IMG/VR virus record: IMGVR_UViG_3300045256_000050
Span: 180,987-244,986 of that record
Direction: 5' to 3' (one strand)
DNA length: 64,000 bases
The stretch's first letter is position 1. Every line of letters begins with the position of its first letter. A model generated the notes under the pieces. The model was not told the DNA's origin. It worked only from the letters and a program-made list of their open reading frames with translations, and made no database searches. Of this stretch, positions 1-9,191 are shown one piece after another. The position numbers were made by a program, and so were the translations under genes.

Positions 1-149
1 TTGCCCTCGTTCCACCAGTAGGTGTTTTTCTGGTCGTCTTCGGTCTTGGCGTTCGTTGTCTTCACCAACTTGTTCAGACAGAGACAGCCGACGATGACGG
101 TTCCCAGAATCCCGCAGACGATCCCCATCCAGAAGTCCGGCGAGTTCAT
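1..149 (-). CDS. Small membrane protein, partial (runs off window start)
   Basis: Read manually: ATG at 149, MNSPDFWMGIVCGILGTVIVGCLCLNK..., one hydrophobic helix, follows the thg1 stop. Confidence 0.4.
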   Translation of the reverse strand, partial: MNSPDFWMGIVCGILGTVIVGCLCLNKLVKTTNAKTEDDQKNTYWWNEG

Positions 150-183
150 GACCCCGCCGGACCCGTAGGTTGCGAACAGCATC

Positions 184-791
184 TCACTCCTCCTGAGTAA
201 CTGGTTCCGACTCCGTTTTGAGAACCGGGGTGGCCCCCTCGAACATTACCTCTTCCCGGTTGGCGATCCGCTTGAGCGGCGGGATGTCCAACGCCACCAC
301 TTCCTGACGGGTGATGGTGAGGTTCGGGTTCTTCCGGGCGGCGTGCATCGGCGGGAGCTTGTCCAACTCCTCGGTGCTGAACGGCCGCTCGGTCTTCCGT
401 CGAGCGAGGTAGGTGCCCCGCTTGAAGAAGTCCGGGTAGTTGTTCCAGTTGACCCCGTGGGTCTGGAACATCATCTCCTGCATCATGCTGCTCGACTTGT
501 TCTGCAACTCCTTGTGCGAGAACATCGACTGAGCCGCCATGCTGACGCTGTTCCGGGTGGCATCCATCTCCCGCCAGATCAGGTAGTTGGTCGCCTCCCA
601 ATCCGTCGGCACGTTGTACACCCGTGCGTCGAACAGGGGCATCCGGTCGGCCTTCTCTGGGAGGTAGTCCTTCAGGTTGCGGTTGAAAAACGCCGTGGTC
701 ATCGACGCCAACACGGAAGTCATCTTCAACAACTTGGCGTCGAAGAAGTGTTCGGCGTCGATCTCGTCGGAGTACCACACGAGCGAGATTT
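184..791 (-). CDS. thg1: Thg1-like tRNA(His) guanylyltransferase, exon 2
   Basis: EISLVWY...KMTSVLAS...FDARVYNVP...NYLIWREMDATRNSVS...GVNWNNYPDFFKRGT are Thg1/TLP motifs; frame joins exon 1 across the intron (G|AA = Glu). Confidence 0.92.
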
Positions 792-3150
792 GTCGGGTAA
801 GGGCGGAACATCGCTGCCCGCCCTCCCCTAAGAACCGTGCGTGTAAGTTTCCCTTCACACGGCTCAAGCAATCGGCTTAGCCACCAATCACGCCTTCTTC
901 CCGTGCTTTGCCAGATGGCAGTACAAGTGAAGAATGCGGAGGTTTGCGAGGCTGTCGTCCCCACCTTCCGAACGAGGCTTCACATGATGCTCATGTAACT
1001 CCTCGCCGTTGTTGAGGCTTTCGCCGCACTCAGGACACAAGAAGTTCTGTTGTTTGGCGACCTGACGCTTCTTGACAGTCAAGAGGTCGGACGCCTTTTC
1101 AGCGTCCCGCTCCTCCCAATACTGTTCAAGGGCGGGGTCGTCCCAGCAGGCGAACCGCTGGACAACAACGTGCCTCTTGATGAGAACCCAAGAAGGTTTC
1201 ATCATGTAGCATTCGGACGTGCCGAACACCCATTTTGCACCCTTCCGGTAGTTCCCCCAATACCGCTTCAGCCACCCCCAACTCTTGTTGGCGTGACGCC
1301 GCCTGACCCAACGGTATTGCAGTTGGACCAGATAGTTGTCGAGGCCGTCAAAAGTTCGGGACGCCACCGAGCATCGGAAGTAGTTGCACCACCCACGGAT
1401 GATCGGGTTCACTCTGGAGATCAGTTCTTCCAAAGGTCGCCCGTCATACTTGCGGAAGGTTTCCTTCAGCTTCTGCTTGATGGCCTTCACGGACTTCTTG
1501 CTGGGCTTGATGAAGAGCTTGTCGCCCTTCTTCGAGGTCAGCGTCTTGTACCTCCTGATGTTGAACCCAAGGAAGTCGAAACCTTCGTCCAGATGGGTGA
1601 TACGGGTCTTTTCCTCAGAGAGTTCCAGACCACGTTCCTTCAACCAGACAACTAGCTTCGCCCGAATTGCTTCGGCTTCCTCCTTGGAGTGACACAACAC
1701 CACGAAGTCGTCGGCGTACCTGACCAGCCCAACCGAGTTCGGAGCCAGTTCGTAGGTGGTCTTCCCGGTCCCCTTGCGGGTGTTTTTCCGGTACTTGACG
1801 CCCAGAACCTCCTCCATTCCGTGAAGAGCGATATTCGCCAACAAGGGACTAATCACTCCACCTTGCGGCGTACCCGCATGGGTGTCGTGGTAGCTGCCGT
1901 CGAATTCGACGTAACCCGCCTTCAGCCATTGCCGGATCAATTCCCTTGCGGGAAAATTCCCGATCAACTGCATCAGCTTGTCGTGGTCGATGTTGTCGAA
2001 GGCTCCCTTGATGTCAGCGTCCAGCACCCACAATTTCCCACCTTGGCTGGTGAGTTTGAAGATGCGAGCGATGGCATCTTGGCAAGAGCGTTTCGGTCGG
2101 AAACCGTAGGACGAGTCCTCGAACTTCGCTTCCCAGAACGGTTCCAGTGCGTTAAGCACCATCGCCTGAACAGCACGGTTCGTGATGTCAGGGATGCCCA
2201 AAGGACGGAGCTTGCCGTTGGCTTTCGGTATATAAATCCGTCGTGCGGGACACTTCTTGGCGAGTTGGTATTCAGCCAACTCGTCCACGAGGCGTCCCCT
2301 TGCTTCGGGGGTTTTGACAACGATCTTGTCCACCCCCGGCGTCGTCCTCCCTTTGTTCAACTGCGTCACCCGTCGAACCGCCAGACAGCGGTTCTCGTAG
2401 CTCCGCAGCATAACATGCTGAAGACTTCGCACCCTCTTGAGGTTTCCCTCTTTGGCGGCACGGAAAATCTCTTGGCGAAGGCGGCGTACAAAAGTGACGA
2501 CGTGGGACCAGTCAATGCTGTTCCAGTCGCACTTTTGCTGGGAACTTACGCTTTGCTTTTCGTTCTCCATTTATCCCTCCTTCCCTTGAAATCTTCCGTC
2601 CGATCACCTGTCGGAATTCAGCACCCTTTCGGGTCGGGCATTACCCTATCCAGCCGGTTATGGATTCCCGTTGCCTTTCGGCTGCTGGCATTCGCTTGAT
2701 CCGACATCCTTTACCTGCTGGGGAGTCCAGTGTTGCTCACGCTTCACTTGCTTTCGGGCCGAAACCTTCAAGACCCCAACAGGCTTAACACGTTCCGCAG
2801 AACCGAAGGTACGACTGCCGTAGGTAGTTCCTATACGCCGGGGATCGGAGGGGTGTTACTGGCCGTTGCCAGACGAAGACAGCCAGCCCTTCTGTGATCC
2901 CAGATAACCCGGCGTCAATTGCATTGCCGAGCCTACTCATCACGACGCTTCAAATGGAACTTCGCTTTCGCTTACCGTAGCAGTCTTTCCCCCGCCCCGG
3001 CTTTCTCCCGCAATTTGGGTACTCGCCGTTGGGCATTCTTGCTCCCAGCTTCACACGCCTCCGTTGCCAGAGACGCATGTGGGATGGGGAAAAGGTTTAA
3101 CACAAACCTTGGAGTTACCTCCACTTCAGTTCAGCGACCTCGTGTCGCAC
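792..3150 (-). mobile_element. Group II intron (IIB-like), 2359 nt, inserted in thg1
   Basis: 5' end GTGCG at 3150; domain V/VI GAGCCGTGTGAAGGGAAACTTACACGCACGGTTC...CCCTTACCCGAC with terminal AC at 792; encodes an RT ORF; removal restores an uninterrupted 279-aa Thg1 frame. Confidence 0.95.
888..2570 (-). CDS. Group II intron reverse transcriptase/maturase with C-terminal HNH endonuclease
   Basis: RPLGIP, SYGFRPKRS, DADIKGAFD, GTPQGGVISPLLANI, RYADD, FDFLGF, maturase X (NPIIRGWCNYF), CPECG...HEHHVKPRSEGGDDSLANLRILH. Confidence 0.97.
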   Translation of the reverse strand: MENEKQSVSSQQKCDWNSIDWSHVVTFVRRLRQEIFRAAKEGNLKRVRSLQHVMLRSYENRCLAVRRVTQLNKGRTTPGVDKIVVKTPEARGRLVDELAEYQLAKKCPARRIYIPKANGKLRPLGIPDITNRAVQAMVLNALEPFWEAKFEDSSYGFRPKRSCQDAIARIFKLTSQGGKLWVLDADIKGAFDNIDHDKLMQLIGNFPARELIRQWLKAGYVEFDGSYHDTHAGTPQGGVISPLLANIALHGMEEVLGVKYRKNTRKGTGKTTYELAPNSVGLVRYADDFVVLCHSKEEAEAIRAKLVVWLKERGLELSEEKTRITHLDEGFDFLGFNIRRYKTLTSKKGDKLFIKPSKKSVKAIKQKLKETFRKYDGRPLEELISRVNPIIRGWCNYFRCSVASRTFDGLDNYLVQLQYRWVRRRHANKSWGWLKRYWGNYRKGAKWVFGTSECYMMKPSWVLIKRHVVVQRFACWDDPALEQYWEERDAEKASDLLTVKKRQVAKQQNFLCPECGESLNNGEELHEHHVKPRSEGGDDSLANLRILHLYCHLAKHGKKA

Positions 3151-3382
3151 CGTCGCTCTGGGTGTAACCGACCCGTGCGTTCGTCTCTTGGACGAGGAAC
3201 TTGGTGGTCGCCACCATGAGCCGGGACAGCCGCTCGTCGAACGGCCGCTTCAGACCCGCAGTGAAGGTGTGGAACGCCTTGCCGTCCATCCGGGCCACGA
3301 TGGGAATGAGCGGAAGGAGTTGTTGGCCTGAGTATTGGAACTCGTAGCCCTTCATGCGGTCGCCGAGACTGTCCTTCTTCAT
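3151..3382 (-). CDS. thg1: Thg1-like tRNA(His) guanylyltransferase, exon 1
   Basis: LGDRMKGYE...IVARMDGKAFHTFT...PFD...GYTQSD is the conserved Thg1 N-terminus with both metal-binding Asp. Confidence 0.92.
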
Positions 3383-3495
3383 GTCTTCTCCCTGTTTCAG
3401 TTCGATCAGTCTACCTCGGAGTTTTCCCGCTGTAAACCACTTCTGTCCTAAAATTGCGTCCGAAATGCCAGTACATACGGGTGGAGGAACTACCC

Positions 3496-3792
3496 ATGAT
3501 TATTTGTATTCTGGCACCCAACGACAAGGTTGAAGTGGTGCGGGAGCGGGCTAAGCAAATCCCCAAGTTTGCCAACCACACCGCCCTGTCGGTCCCCGTT
3601 TCGGCAACCGGCGATCTCCCGGCGACTCATTGGTTCTGCACTTTCAGCACAGACGAGGAGTTGTACGCACAGATCAAAGCCCTACAGGAATTCAGTGAGG
3701 TTGTCGAGGCCGACCCGAAGGCGTTCCTCGAAGGCAAGAAGCTTAAGCCAATTCCGCTACGCAAGGTCATCGCCGCTGGAAAGGTACAGTAA
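3496..3792 (+). CDS. Hypothetical protein
   Basis: ORF with GGAGG SD before ATG 3496; TAATG coupling to next gene. Confidence 0.7.
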   Translation: MIICILAPNDKVEVVRERAKQIPKFANHTALSVPVSATGDLPATHWFCTFSTDEELYAQIKALQEFSEVVEADPKAFLEGKKLKPIPLRKVIAAGKVQ

Positions 3793-4409
3793 TGAAGTTT
3801 GTCGTGCAGCCCGACTTCATCACGCAAGATGAAGTCGGGATCATCAAGTCGTATGAGAAGCCGCAGATCGGCGAAATCCAGAACTACCACATCAAGTCTG
3901 TGAACGATGCGGCTCGGGGCTGGACGATCATGAAGGACTTCAGCCGGACCGACGCCTCGAAGGAAGTCACCCGCTTCCAGGGCGACGGCACGCTCGTCGA
4001 AGAAGTGCCGGTCTACTTCAAAGACCTGGGCCACAGGATCGCTCGGGCCGTTGGCGTGAGCGACGAACACATGTTCTTCCAGTACATCGTGATTGGTCCC
4101 GGCGGCGAGATTCGCAAACACTACGACGCCGGGAAACCGGGTTACATCACTTACAAGTGCAACGTGTGCGTCGAAGGCCCAGCCGACGACTTCATCTACG
4201 TCGGCGACGACGTGCTGTCGGCCAAGCCACTCGGCCTGTACTGCTTCGAGGCCAACCTGTATAAGCACTGGATGGACACGAGCGACGTGACCCGCATCGT
4301 CTTAAGCTACGGGTTCCTCGTCCCCTACGACTCCCTGGGATGGGCCGAGGACAGCCCCCGCATCCGGTTGAGCAACCGCATCTGGCAGGCTTACATCGGT
4401 CGGGGCTAA
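3792..4409 (+). CDS. 2OG-Fe(II) oxygenase superfamily protein
   Basis: HxD (KHYD), distal His (KHWM) and Arg (RIVLS) in jelly-roll order. Confidence 0.7.
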   Translation: MKFVVQPDFITQDEVGIIKSYEKPQIGEIQNYHIKSVNDAARGWTIMKDFSRTDASKEVTRFQGDGTLVEEVPVYFKDLGHRIARAVGVSDEHMFFQYIVIGPGGEIRKHYDAGKPGYITYKCNVCVEGPADDFIYVGDDVLSAKPLGLYCFEANLYKHWMDTSDVTRIVLSYGFLVPYDSLGWAEDSPRIRLSNRIWQAYIGRG

Positions 4410-4712
4410 GAACTTGGTCTTGAACTCGTGGTAAGCAAGGATGGCGGGGTTGAGGATGGCACAGTCCGCCCCCGTCAGGTACTTGCAGGTCATGAACGTC
4501 GGGTAGTCCTTGACCTTGTGCCTAGACGCCTTGTCGATGTACTCGTACATGCACCAAACGTCTTCTGGCAGCTTCTCTCCCGCCTGCTTGAATGCCAGGG
4601 GCAGGAAGATCACCGCCAGGAGACGCTTGTCGTCTTCGGGAATCATCCAACTCCCGAAGACCTTGCCGTCTACGACATCAACCGCCAGTTGTTTGAGTTC
4701 CGCTTCGGTCAT
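4302..4712 (-). CDS. Hypothetical protein
   Basis: ORF from MTEAELKQLAV with AGGA SD; 3' end overlaps the oxygenase tail-to-tail. Confidence 0.6.
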   Translation of the reverse strand: MTEAELKQLAVDVVDGKVFGSWMIPEDDKRLLAVIFLPLAFKQAGEKLPEDVWCMYEYIDKASRHKVKDYPTFMTCKYLTGADCAILNPAILAYHEFKTKFLAPTDVSLPDAVAQPDAGAVLGPSQGVVGDEEPVA

Positions 4713-4956
4713 CCGATTCCTTCGGTAGTGGCGGGCACGGGTTGCCGTCCTCGTCCACGAATCCTGTCTTGTAAAAGTCGTACTCGATGTAGCCGCAGAA
4801 GCCAAGTCCGCAGAACTTCCAGTCGTCCTTGAACTGCTGGGGCACGTCCACCTTCACCCCATTCTCGTACAACTCAACCTCATGGACATTGAGGTTCTGC
4901 ATCTCCCGGTACTTCTGGATCAGTGCCCGGACTTCTTCTACGTCTACTCGGATCAT
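4678..4956 (-). CDS. Hypothetical protein
   Basis: Start MIRVDV overlaps the Nudix stop (ATGA). Confidence 0.6.
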   Translation of the reverse strand: MIRVDVEEVRALIQKYREMQNLNVHEVELYENGVKVDVPQQFKDDWKFCGLGFCGYIEYDFYKTGFVDEDGNPCPPLPKESDDRSGTQTTGG

Positions 4957-5606
4957 GTGGGTGGCAACATGTAAGAGGTTGAGATACGGCCCATCTGCCG
5001 GATCATGTACAGCATGGGCCACGCCTTCGCAGCGATCACCACGCCCTCGAACTCGTCGGTCCGGTCGCAGAGCCGCTTGACGCCCTCGTAGTCGAGTAGC
5101 ATCGGCTCGATGATTTCTTCTTCTTCGTGGCCTTCCACGTCGAGCTTGCCGCTCGCCAGACAGAAGACCATCTGCACCGACTCGTCGCTCAGCCCGGCGG
5201 ACGACACGATGGGCGGGCTGACTTGCAGCACACGCTCCAGCGTCAGCCCGGCCTCTTCTTTCAGTTCACGACGGGCGGCTTCGACCGGACCCTCGTCGCC
5301 GTCGATCAGTCCCGCAACGAACCCATACTCGAAGTTCTGGATCGGGTGCCGCCACTCCTTCGTGACGAGCAGCTTGAGTTCGTCCTGGCCTTCGACTGCG
5401 ACGAAGGCCATGCAGATCACGGCGTCCGGTTGGATGTTCTGGAAGCTCTTGGAGAGGGCCGGGAGCTTCTTGCGGGAAGCCATCAGCCACGAACCCTTCT
5501 TCAACGTCCCGTTGCCTTCATCCCCGGTCTGGTAGTCCATCCGGTAGACGTTGAGCCAGGGGGTGTTGAGCAGGGTTTCCATCCCGGTGAGGGTCGTCGG
5601 CTTCAT
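4953..5606 (-). CDS. Nudix hydrolase (ADP-ribose pyrophosphatase-like)
   Basis: Nudix box GLIDGDEGPVEAARRELKEEAG; SAGLSDE downstream. Confidence 0.9.
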   Translation of the reverse strand: MKPTTLTGMETLLNTPWLNVYRMDYQTGDEGNGTLKKGSWLMASRKKLPALSKSFQNIQPDAVICMAFVAVEGQDELKLLVTKEWRHPIQNFEYGFVAGLIDGDEGPVEAARRELKEEAGLTLERVLQVSPPIVSSAGLSDESVQMVFCLASGKLDVEGHEEEEIIEPMLLDYEGVKRLCDRTDEFEGVVIAAKAWPMLYMIRQMGRISTSYMLPPT

Positions 5607-5607
5607 C

Positions 5608-5835
5608 TCAGTCGTCTCCGAAAAGTTTGCGGGCATTAGCGATGGCGGGCACGAGGAGATCGAAAGCCTTCTTCTGGCTCTCGATCTCACGCTCGTGCCC
5701 GTCAGTGACGACCCCCGTCGGCGTCAGTACGCCGACGGTGCCGTAGGTATCAAGGTGCTTGTAAGCGTGTTCCGCCGCCTCCAGCAGCTTCAGGAACACA
5801 ACGTCGTCACCCACGTTCTTCTGTTGCTTAGGCAT
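5608..5835 (-). CDS. Hypothetical protein
   Basis: ORF in same-strand operon with SD. Confidence 0.55.
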   Translation of the reverse strand: MPKQQKNVGDDVVFLKLLEAAEHAYKHLDTYGTVGVLTPTGVVTDGHEREIESQKKAFDLLVPAIANARKLFGDD

Positions 5836-5850
5836 CCTTGCCGCTCCTTC

Positions 5851-6948
5851 TTAGTGGAACTCGGTCCCACCCTTCCGCTCGTGGTAGTCCACCGAGATCG
5901 ACTTCAGGATAACACGCCCGAAGTTCGGCAGCAACTCGGAATACCGTTCCTTAACAGGCGTGACCACCACGCCCTCCCGGCCCTTGAACTTACTGGTGTT
6001 CTCCTCGGCCGAGCAGACGGTCGTCGTGCCGTCCGTGTGCTGCGTCAGCACGTCCATACTGAACGGCCCACGGTACAGGATCGGCACCATGTCGATCCCG
6101 TGCTTCTTGAACAACTCCACTTTCACGTCGAAATCCAGGTACTTGCCGTTCACGGCGATGTCGAACGCCCGGTAGGCGGCGGTCTTCACCCCGTAGGCCA
6201 TGTCCTGAATGCCCGGTCCGTAGATTTCTCCGTACACCACCACGTTGTTCTGGTGGGCACAGAGTTCCACGAGCAGGTTCTTCATGTTGTCGGTCATCGG
6301 CAGCCAGTAGAGCGACTTCACGCCCTTGTCGTTCTGCGGCTTCCGACGGGTGCCGTGCGAACCGGCGACGAACGTCCACTCCATGCTGCCGTCCGTGTCG
6401 TTCGGCTGCTGGACGATCCCGACCCGGCTGTTGGTGCCGTGCAGCTTCTCCGTGAAGATCACTTCCTCGCCGTCCACCAGCACGCCGGGGAAGTTCCCGA
6501 TGTTCTCGATGTCGGTGTAGGCGTGGAACGTCCCGATGGGCGGGGCGGCATCGCCGTCCATCGCCTTGACCGGCGGCTCGTACTTCTTCACGCCCCAGGC
6601 TTCGACCATGCTCGTCCCGACGGGGAGGCTCTGGTCGTCGAGCGGGGCGAGGAACCCCTGCGACCGCTCACCCCGGAGGCGGGCCGCACGGATACGCTGG
6701 CCCGGTGGCCGGGTGCCGTCGATCTGCTTGGCGAGCGGGGCGGTGTACTTCGTGATGCCCCACTTGTCCGTCAGAGCTTCACTGACGACAGAATCGGGCG
6801 GCAGGTACACGCCTTTCTGGCCGACCTGCCAGTTGCCGGTCCCGCTGATGACCCACCAGTTTTTGACCCGAACGAGTTCGAGTCGGTCGGCACCGGGGTG
6901 CTTCTTGACTTCTTCGACCTGAACTACGTCAACGATCAGGGTACTCAT
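5851..6948 (-). CDS. ATP-dependent RNA ligase (DRB0094/Rnl2-like family)
   Basis: N-terminal KHPGADRLELV domain; nucleotidyltransferase motifs TEKLHGTN, YGEIYG, YRAFDI, REGVVV, LKSIS. Confidence 0.88.
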   Translation of the reverse strand: MSTLIVDVVQVEEVKKHPGADRLELVRVKNWWVISGTGNWQVGQKGVYLPPDSVVSEALTDKWGITKYTAPLAKQIDGTRPPGQRIRAARLRGERSQGFLAPLDDQSLPVGTSMVEAWGVKKYEPPVKAMDGDAAPPIGTFHAYTDIENIGNFPGVLVDGEEVIFTEKLHGTNSRVGIVQQPNDTDGSMEWTFVAGSHGTRRKPQNDKGVKSLYWLPMTDNMKNLLVELCAHQNNVVVYGEIYGPGIQDMAYGVKTAAYRAFDIAVNGKYLDFDVKVELFKKHGIDMVPILYRGPFSMDVLTQHTDGTTTVCSAEENTSKFKGREGVVVTPVKERYSELLPNFGRVILKSISVDYHERKGGTEFH

Positions 6949-6992
6949 CGTGCCCTCCTTTCGGCAGTAAGACACTGCCCAGGAGGGCAGGT

Positions 6993-7202
6993 TCACATCT
7001 TGAAGGAATCGCCCTTGTGGCGGATTTCAAAGTCAGTGGCTTCTCTCACCAGCACTGACTCAAAATACCCTGGATATGCGTGTTGTAAAGCGTCAGAGAT
7101 GGATTCTGCGTAACGGAGGATGGGGAACTGGTCCCCATCCTCTTTCTCCAGCATGATGTACCACCACCGCCAGCGACCGACACGCCCTAGCATGCTGGTC
7201 AT
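6993..7202 (-). CDS. Hypothetical protein
   Basis: Short ORF with ATGA coupling to the upstream gene. Confidence 0.4.
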   Translation of the reverse strand: MTSMLGRVGRWRWWYIMLEKEDGDQFPILRYAESISDALQHAYPGYFESVLVREATDFEIRHKGDSFKM

Positions 7203-7735
7203 TGGCCCTCCAGCTTCTCCCCAAGCGACTTGAAGAACCCGCCCAGCACCTTTCCGGCCCGCTGGCCCAAGTCCTTCGTCCGCTCGACGGCCTGCTCGCC
7301 ACCGGCCTTGATGTTGGCGGCGACCTGCTCGGCCCCGGACTGCACCTTGCCGGTGAACTCGGCCAGTTGCTCGTCGGTGACGCCGAGACGCTTGAGGGCT
7401 TCGGCGACGGTTTCTTTCACAACCCGGACGCCCTCATCGAACCCCTCACGGACTTCGTTGAGCAGGTCGTCCTCGGCGGTGACGTAGCCCGGACGGACGC
7501 CGGTGCCGCACGACCCGCCGCAGCAGGTCGGGCCAGCCTCGGGCACGTTTTGGGCAGAAACCTGGGGCTGCTCGCCCTTCAGGTGCTTCTCCAGGTCGCA
7601 GAGCGACTGGACGGAGAGGAGGGTGGAACCCTCGTGTTGCGTGAATGCGAAAGCCGCAACGGGGCGGTCCTTACCGAAGTGTAAGACCGCCCCATCACGG
7701 ACGACTGCGTACCACAGACTCATGTTATTCCTCAC
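7199..7735 (-). CDS. Hypothetical protein with C-terminal amphipathic helices
   Basis: ORF coupled to the AAA gene; helical low-complexity C-terminus. Confidence 0.6.
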   Translation of the reverse strand: MRNNMSLWYAVVRDGAVLHFGKDRPVAAFAFTQHEGSTLLSVQSLCDLEKHLKGEQPQVSAQNVPEAGPTCCGGSCGTGVRPGYVTAEDDLLNEVREGFDEGVRVVKETVAEALKRLGVTDEQLAEFTGKVQSGAEQVAANIKAGGEQAVERTKDLGQRAGKVLGGFFKSLGEKLEGQ

Positions 7736-8999
7736 TGGTTTCGACCGGCTCTTTCTTAAGGTCTTCCTTCTCCAGCCGGTGAATCGTAAGGATATCCTCT
7801 TTGTACTTGTCGGTCAAGAGACGTTCCCCGCCGTCGAGGTACGCCAGCACGATGCGGGGGTCGTTGGTCCCCACTTCGTCGGCGATCTCCAGCGCCTTGT
7901 CCGCCCACAGCGGGTTTCCGCCGTAAAGCTTGATGTCACGCAGGAGAATCCGCCGCATCGTGTCCCGGCTCGGCCGGGGGACGTACAGGGGCTTGGTGAA
8001 CCGGCTCGACAGCGCACCGGGGTGGCCGGGACGCCCGCCCATCAACCTGTCGAACAGCACCTTGTCGTTCGCCGTGGCGAAGCACAGCACACGGGTTTCG
8101 GCCCGGCTCGCCTCGTTGTTCGTCACCTTGCGAACTTCCGCCCGCTCGTCCATCATGGAGAGCCAGACGGTCAGGATCGTCTCCAGCGTCTTCTCGATTT
8201 CCTCGATGAAGACGACGGGCGGCACGCCGGTCTGCTTGAGCCGCCGCAGGAAGATCGCCTCGATGCCCGCACGGGTTGCGGAGTTTGCATTCAGTGCGAG
8301 GTAGCCGCCGTGGCCCAGCACCGTCTGCACGCCCTTGAACAGCGACGACTTCGCACAGCCCGGCAACCCGTGCAGCAGGACGTGGTTACGCCGCATCCCG
8401 CCGGTGTCCTTCATCGTCTTGATGGAGGAGAACATGACCCGGATGTGCGCCGCCCGGCCGTAGATGCCCTGGAACGCCGGGTGCTTCTCGATGTCGGCGT
8501 CGGTGCCGTTAATCAGCACGTCCGGGATTTCGATGTCTTCGAGGGACAGTGCCCGGTCGAAGTCCACCAGTTCACTGAGATCAACGTTGTCGCCGCCCCC
8601 GCCGTCCGGCACGTCGGCCTTCGGGTTCTCGACGGCCTTCCAGCCGTGGGTCTTCGCCGGACCGCCGAGCGTCCAGGGGTAGTCCCCGAACCGGCCGCTC
8701 TGGCCGGACTCCTGAAGGACGCCGAGGATGGCGTTCATCTCGTTGGTGAGCCGGTTGGCGTCGGCGTTGCGGTTCGTCCGCCGCTCGTAGGTGAGGCTGG
8801 TCTTGTAGAGGTAGAGTCCGTCGCCTTCGGGAGCTACCGGGGCGATCACCTTGCACGGCTTGACCGTCCAGTTGCTCCGGGTTCCCGATGTACTGCGGTT
8901 GATGATCGGGGTAAGATTGTTCTGGATGACCCCCGTGTCCACCCGCTTGCCGTTCTTCCGCTGGAGGGTCACGGTGAAGCTGGGCATGCCGTCCGCCAT
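7725..8999 (-). CDS. AAA+ ATPase
   Basis: Walker A GLPGCAKSS, Walker B VVFIEE, sensor FATAN, ALSSRF arginine finger; GGAGA SD before ATG 8999. Confidence 0.88.
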   Translation of the reverse strand: MADGMPSFTVTLQRKNGKRVDTGVIQNNLTPIINRSTSGTRSNWTVKPCKVIAPVAPEGDGLYLYKTSLTYERRTNRNADANRLTNEMNAILGVLQESGQSGRFGDYPWTLGGPAKTHGWKAVENPKADVPDGGGGDNVDLSELVDFDRALSLEDIEIPDVLINGTDADIEKHPAFQGIYGRAAHIRVMFSSIKTMKDTGGMRRNHVLLHGLPGCAKSSLFKGVQTVLGHGGYLALNANSATRAGIEAIFLRRLKQTGVPPVVFIEEIEKTLETILTVWLSMMDERAEVRKVTNNEASRAETRVLCFATANDKVLFDRLMGGRPGHPGALSSRFTKPLYVPRPSRDTMRRILLRDIKLYGGNPLWADKALEIADEVGTNDPRIVLAYLDGGERLLTDKYKEDILTIHRLEKEDLKKEPVETSEE

Positions 9000-9163
9000 G
9001 TCGATCTCCCCTTGAGTACCCGGCTCCTGCCACAGAGCCGGTCTGCCTGAGAAACTACCACGAGACGCACCCCTATTATAACCGCTGCATTCTTTGTGTA
9101 AAGGGGAAAATTTATGAGAATTCGGTGTACATCCGTACACAAAAGAGAAATGTTGGAGAAAAA

Positions 9164-9187
9164 TAGGCCCGGTGTTAACCGGGCCTA
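9164..9187 (-). terminator. Rho-independent terminator
   Basis: TAGGCCCGGT-gtta-ACCGGGCCTA hairpin followed by a T-run on the minus strand, just after stop 9192. Confidence 0.75.
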
Positions 9188-9191
9188 AGAG

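Noticed and set aside
146-964. 272-aa minus-strand ORF and the M-start of ORF 184-867
   Set aside because: Both read through intron domain V/VI. The real coding part is thg1 exon 2 starting at 791.
888-2570. RT as a retron, DGR or CRISPR-associated RT
   Set aside because: It has a maturase domain, HNH and group II intron termini. No template/variable repeat pair, msr-msd or cas genes were seen.
5551-9050. Long plus-strand ORFs 5551-7113 and 7503-9050, and similar antisense ORFs throughout
   Set aside because: They are shadows of high-GC codon bias opposite the RNA ligase and AAA genes, with no motifs or SD.
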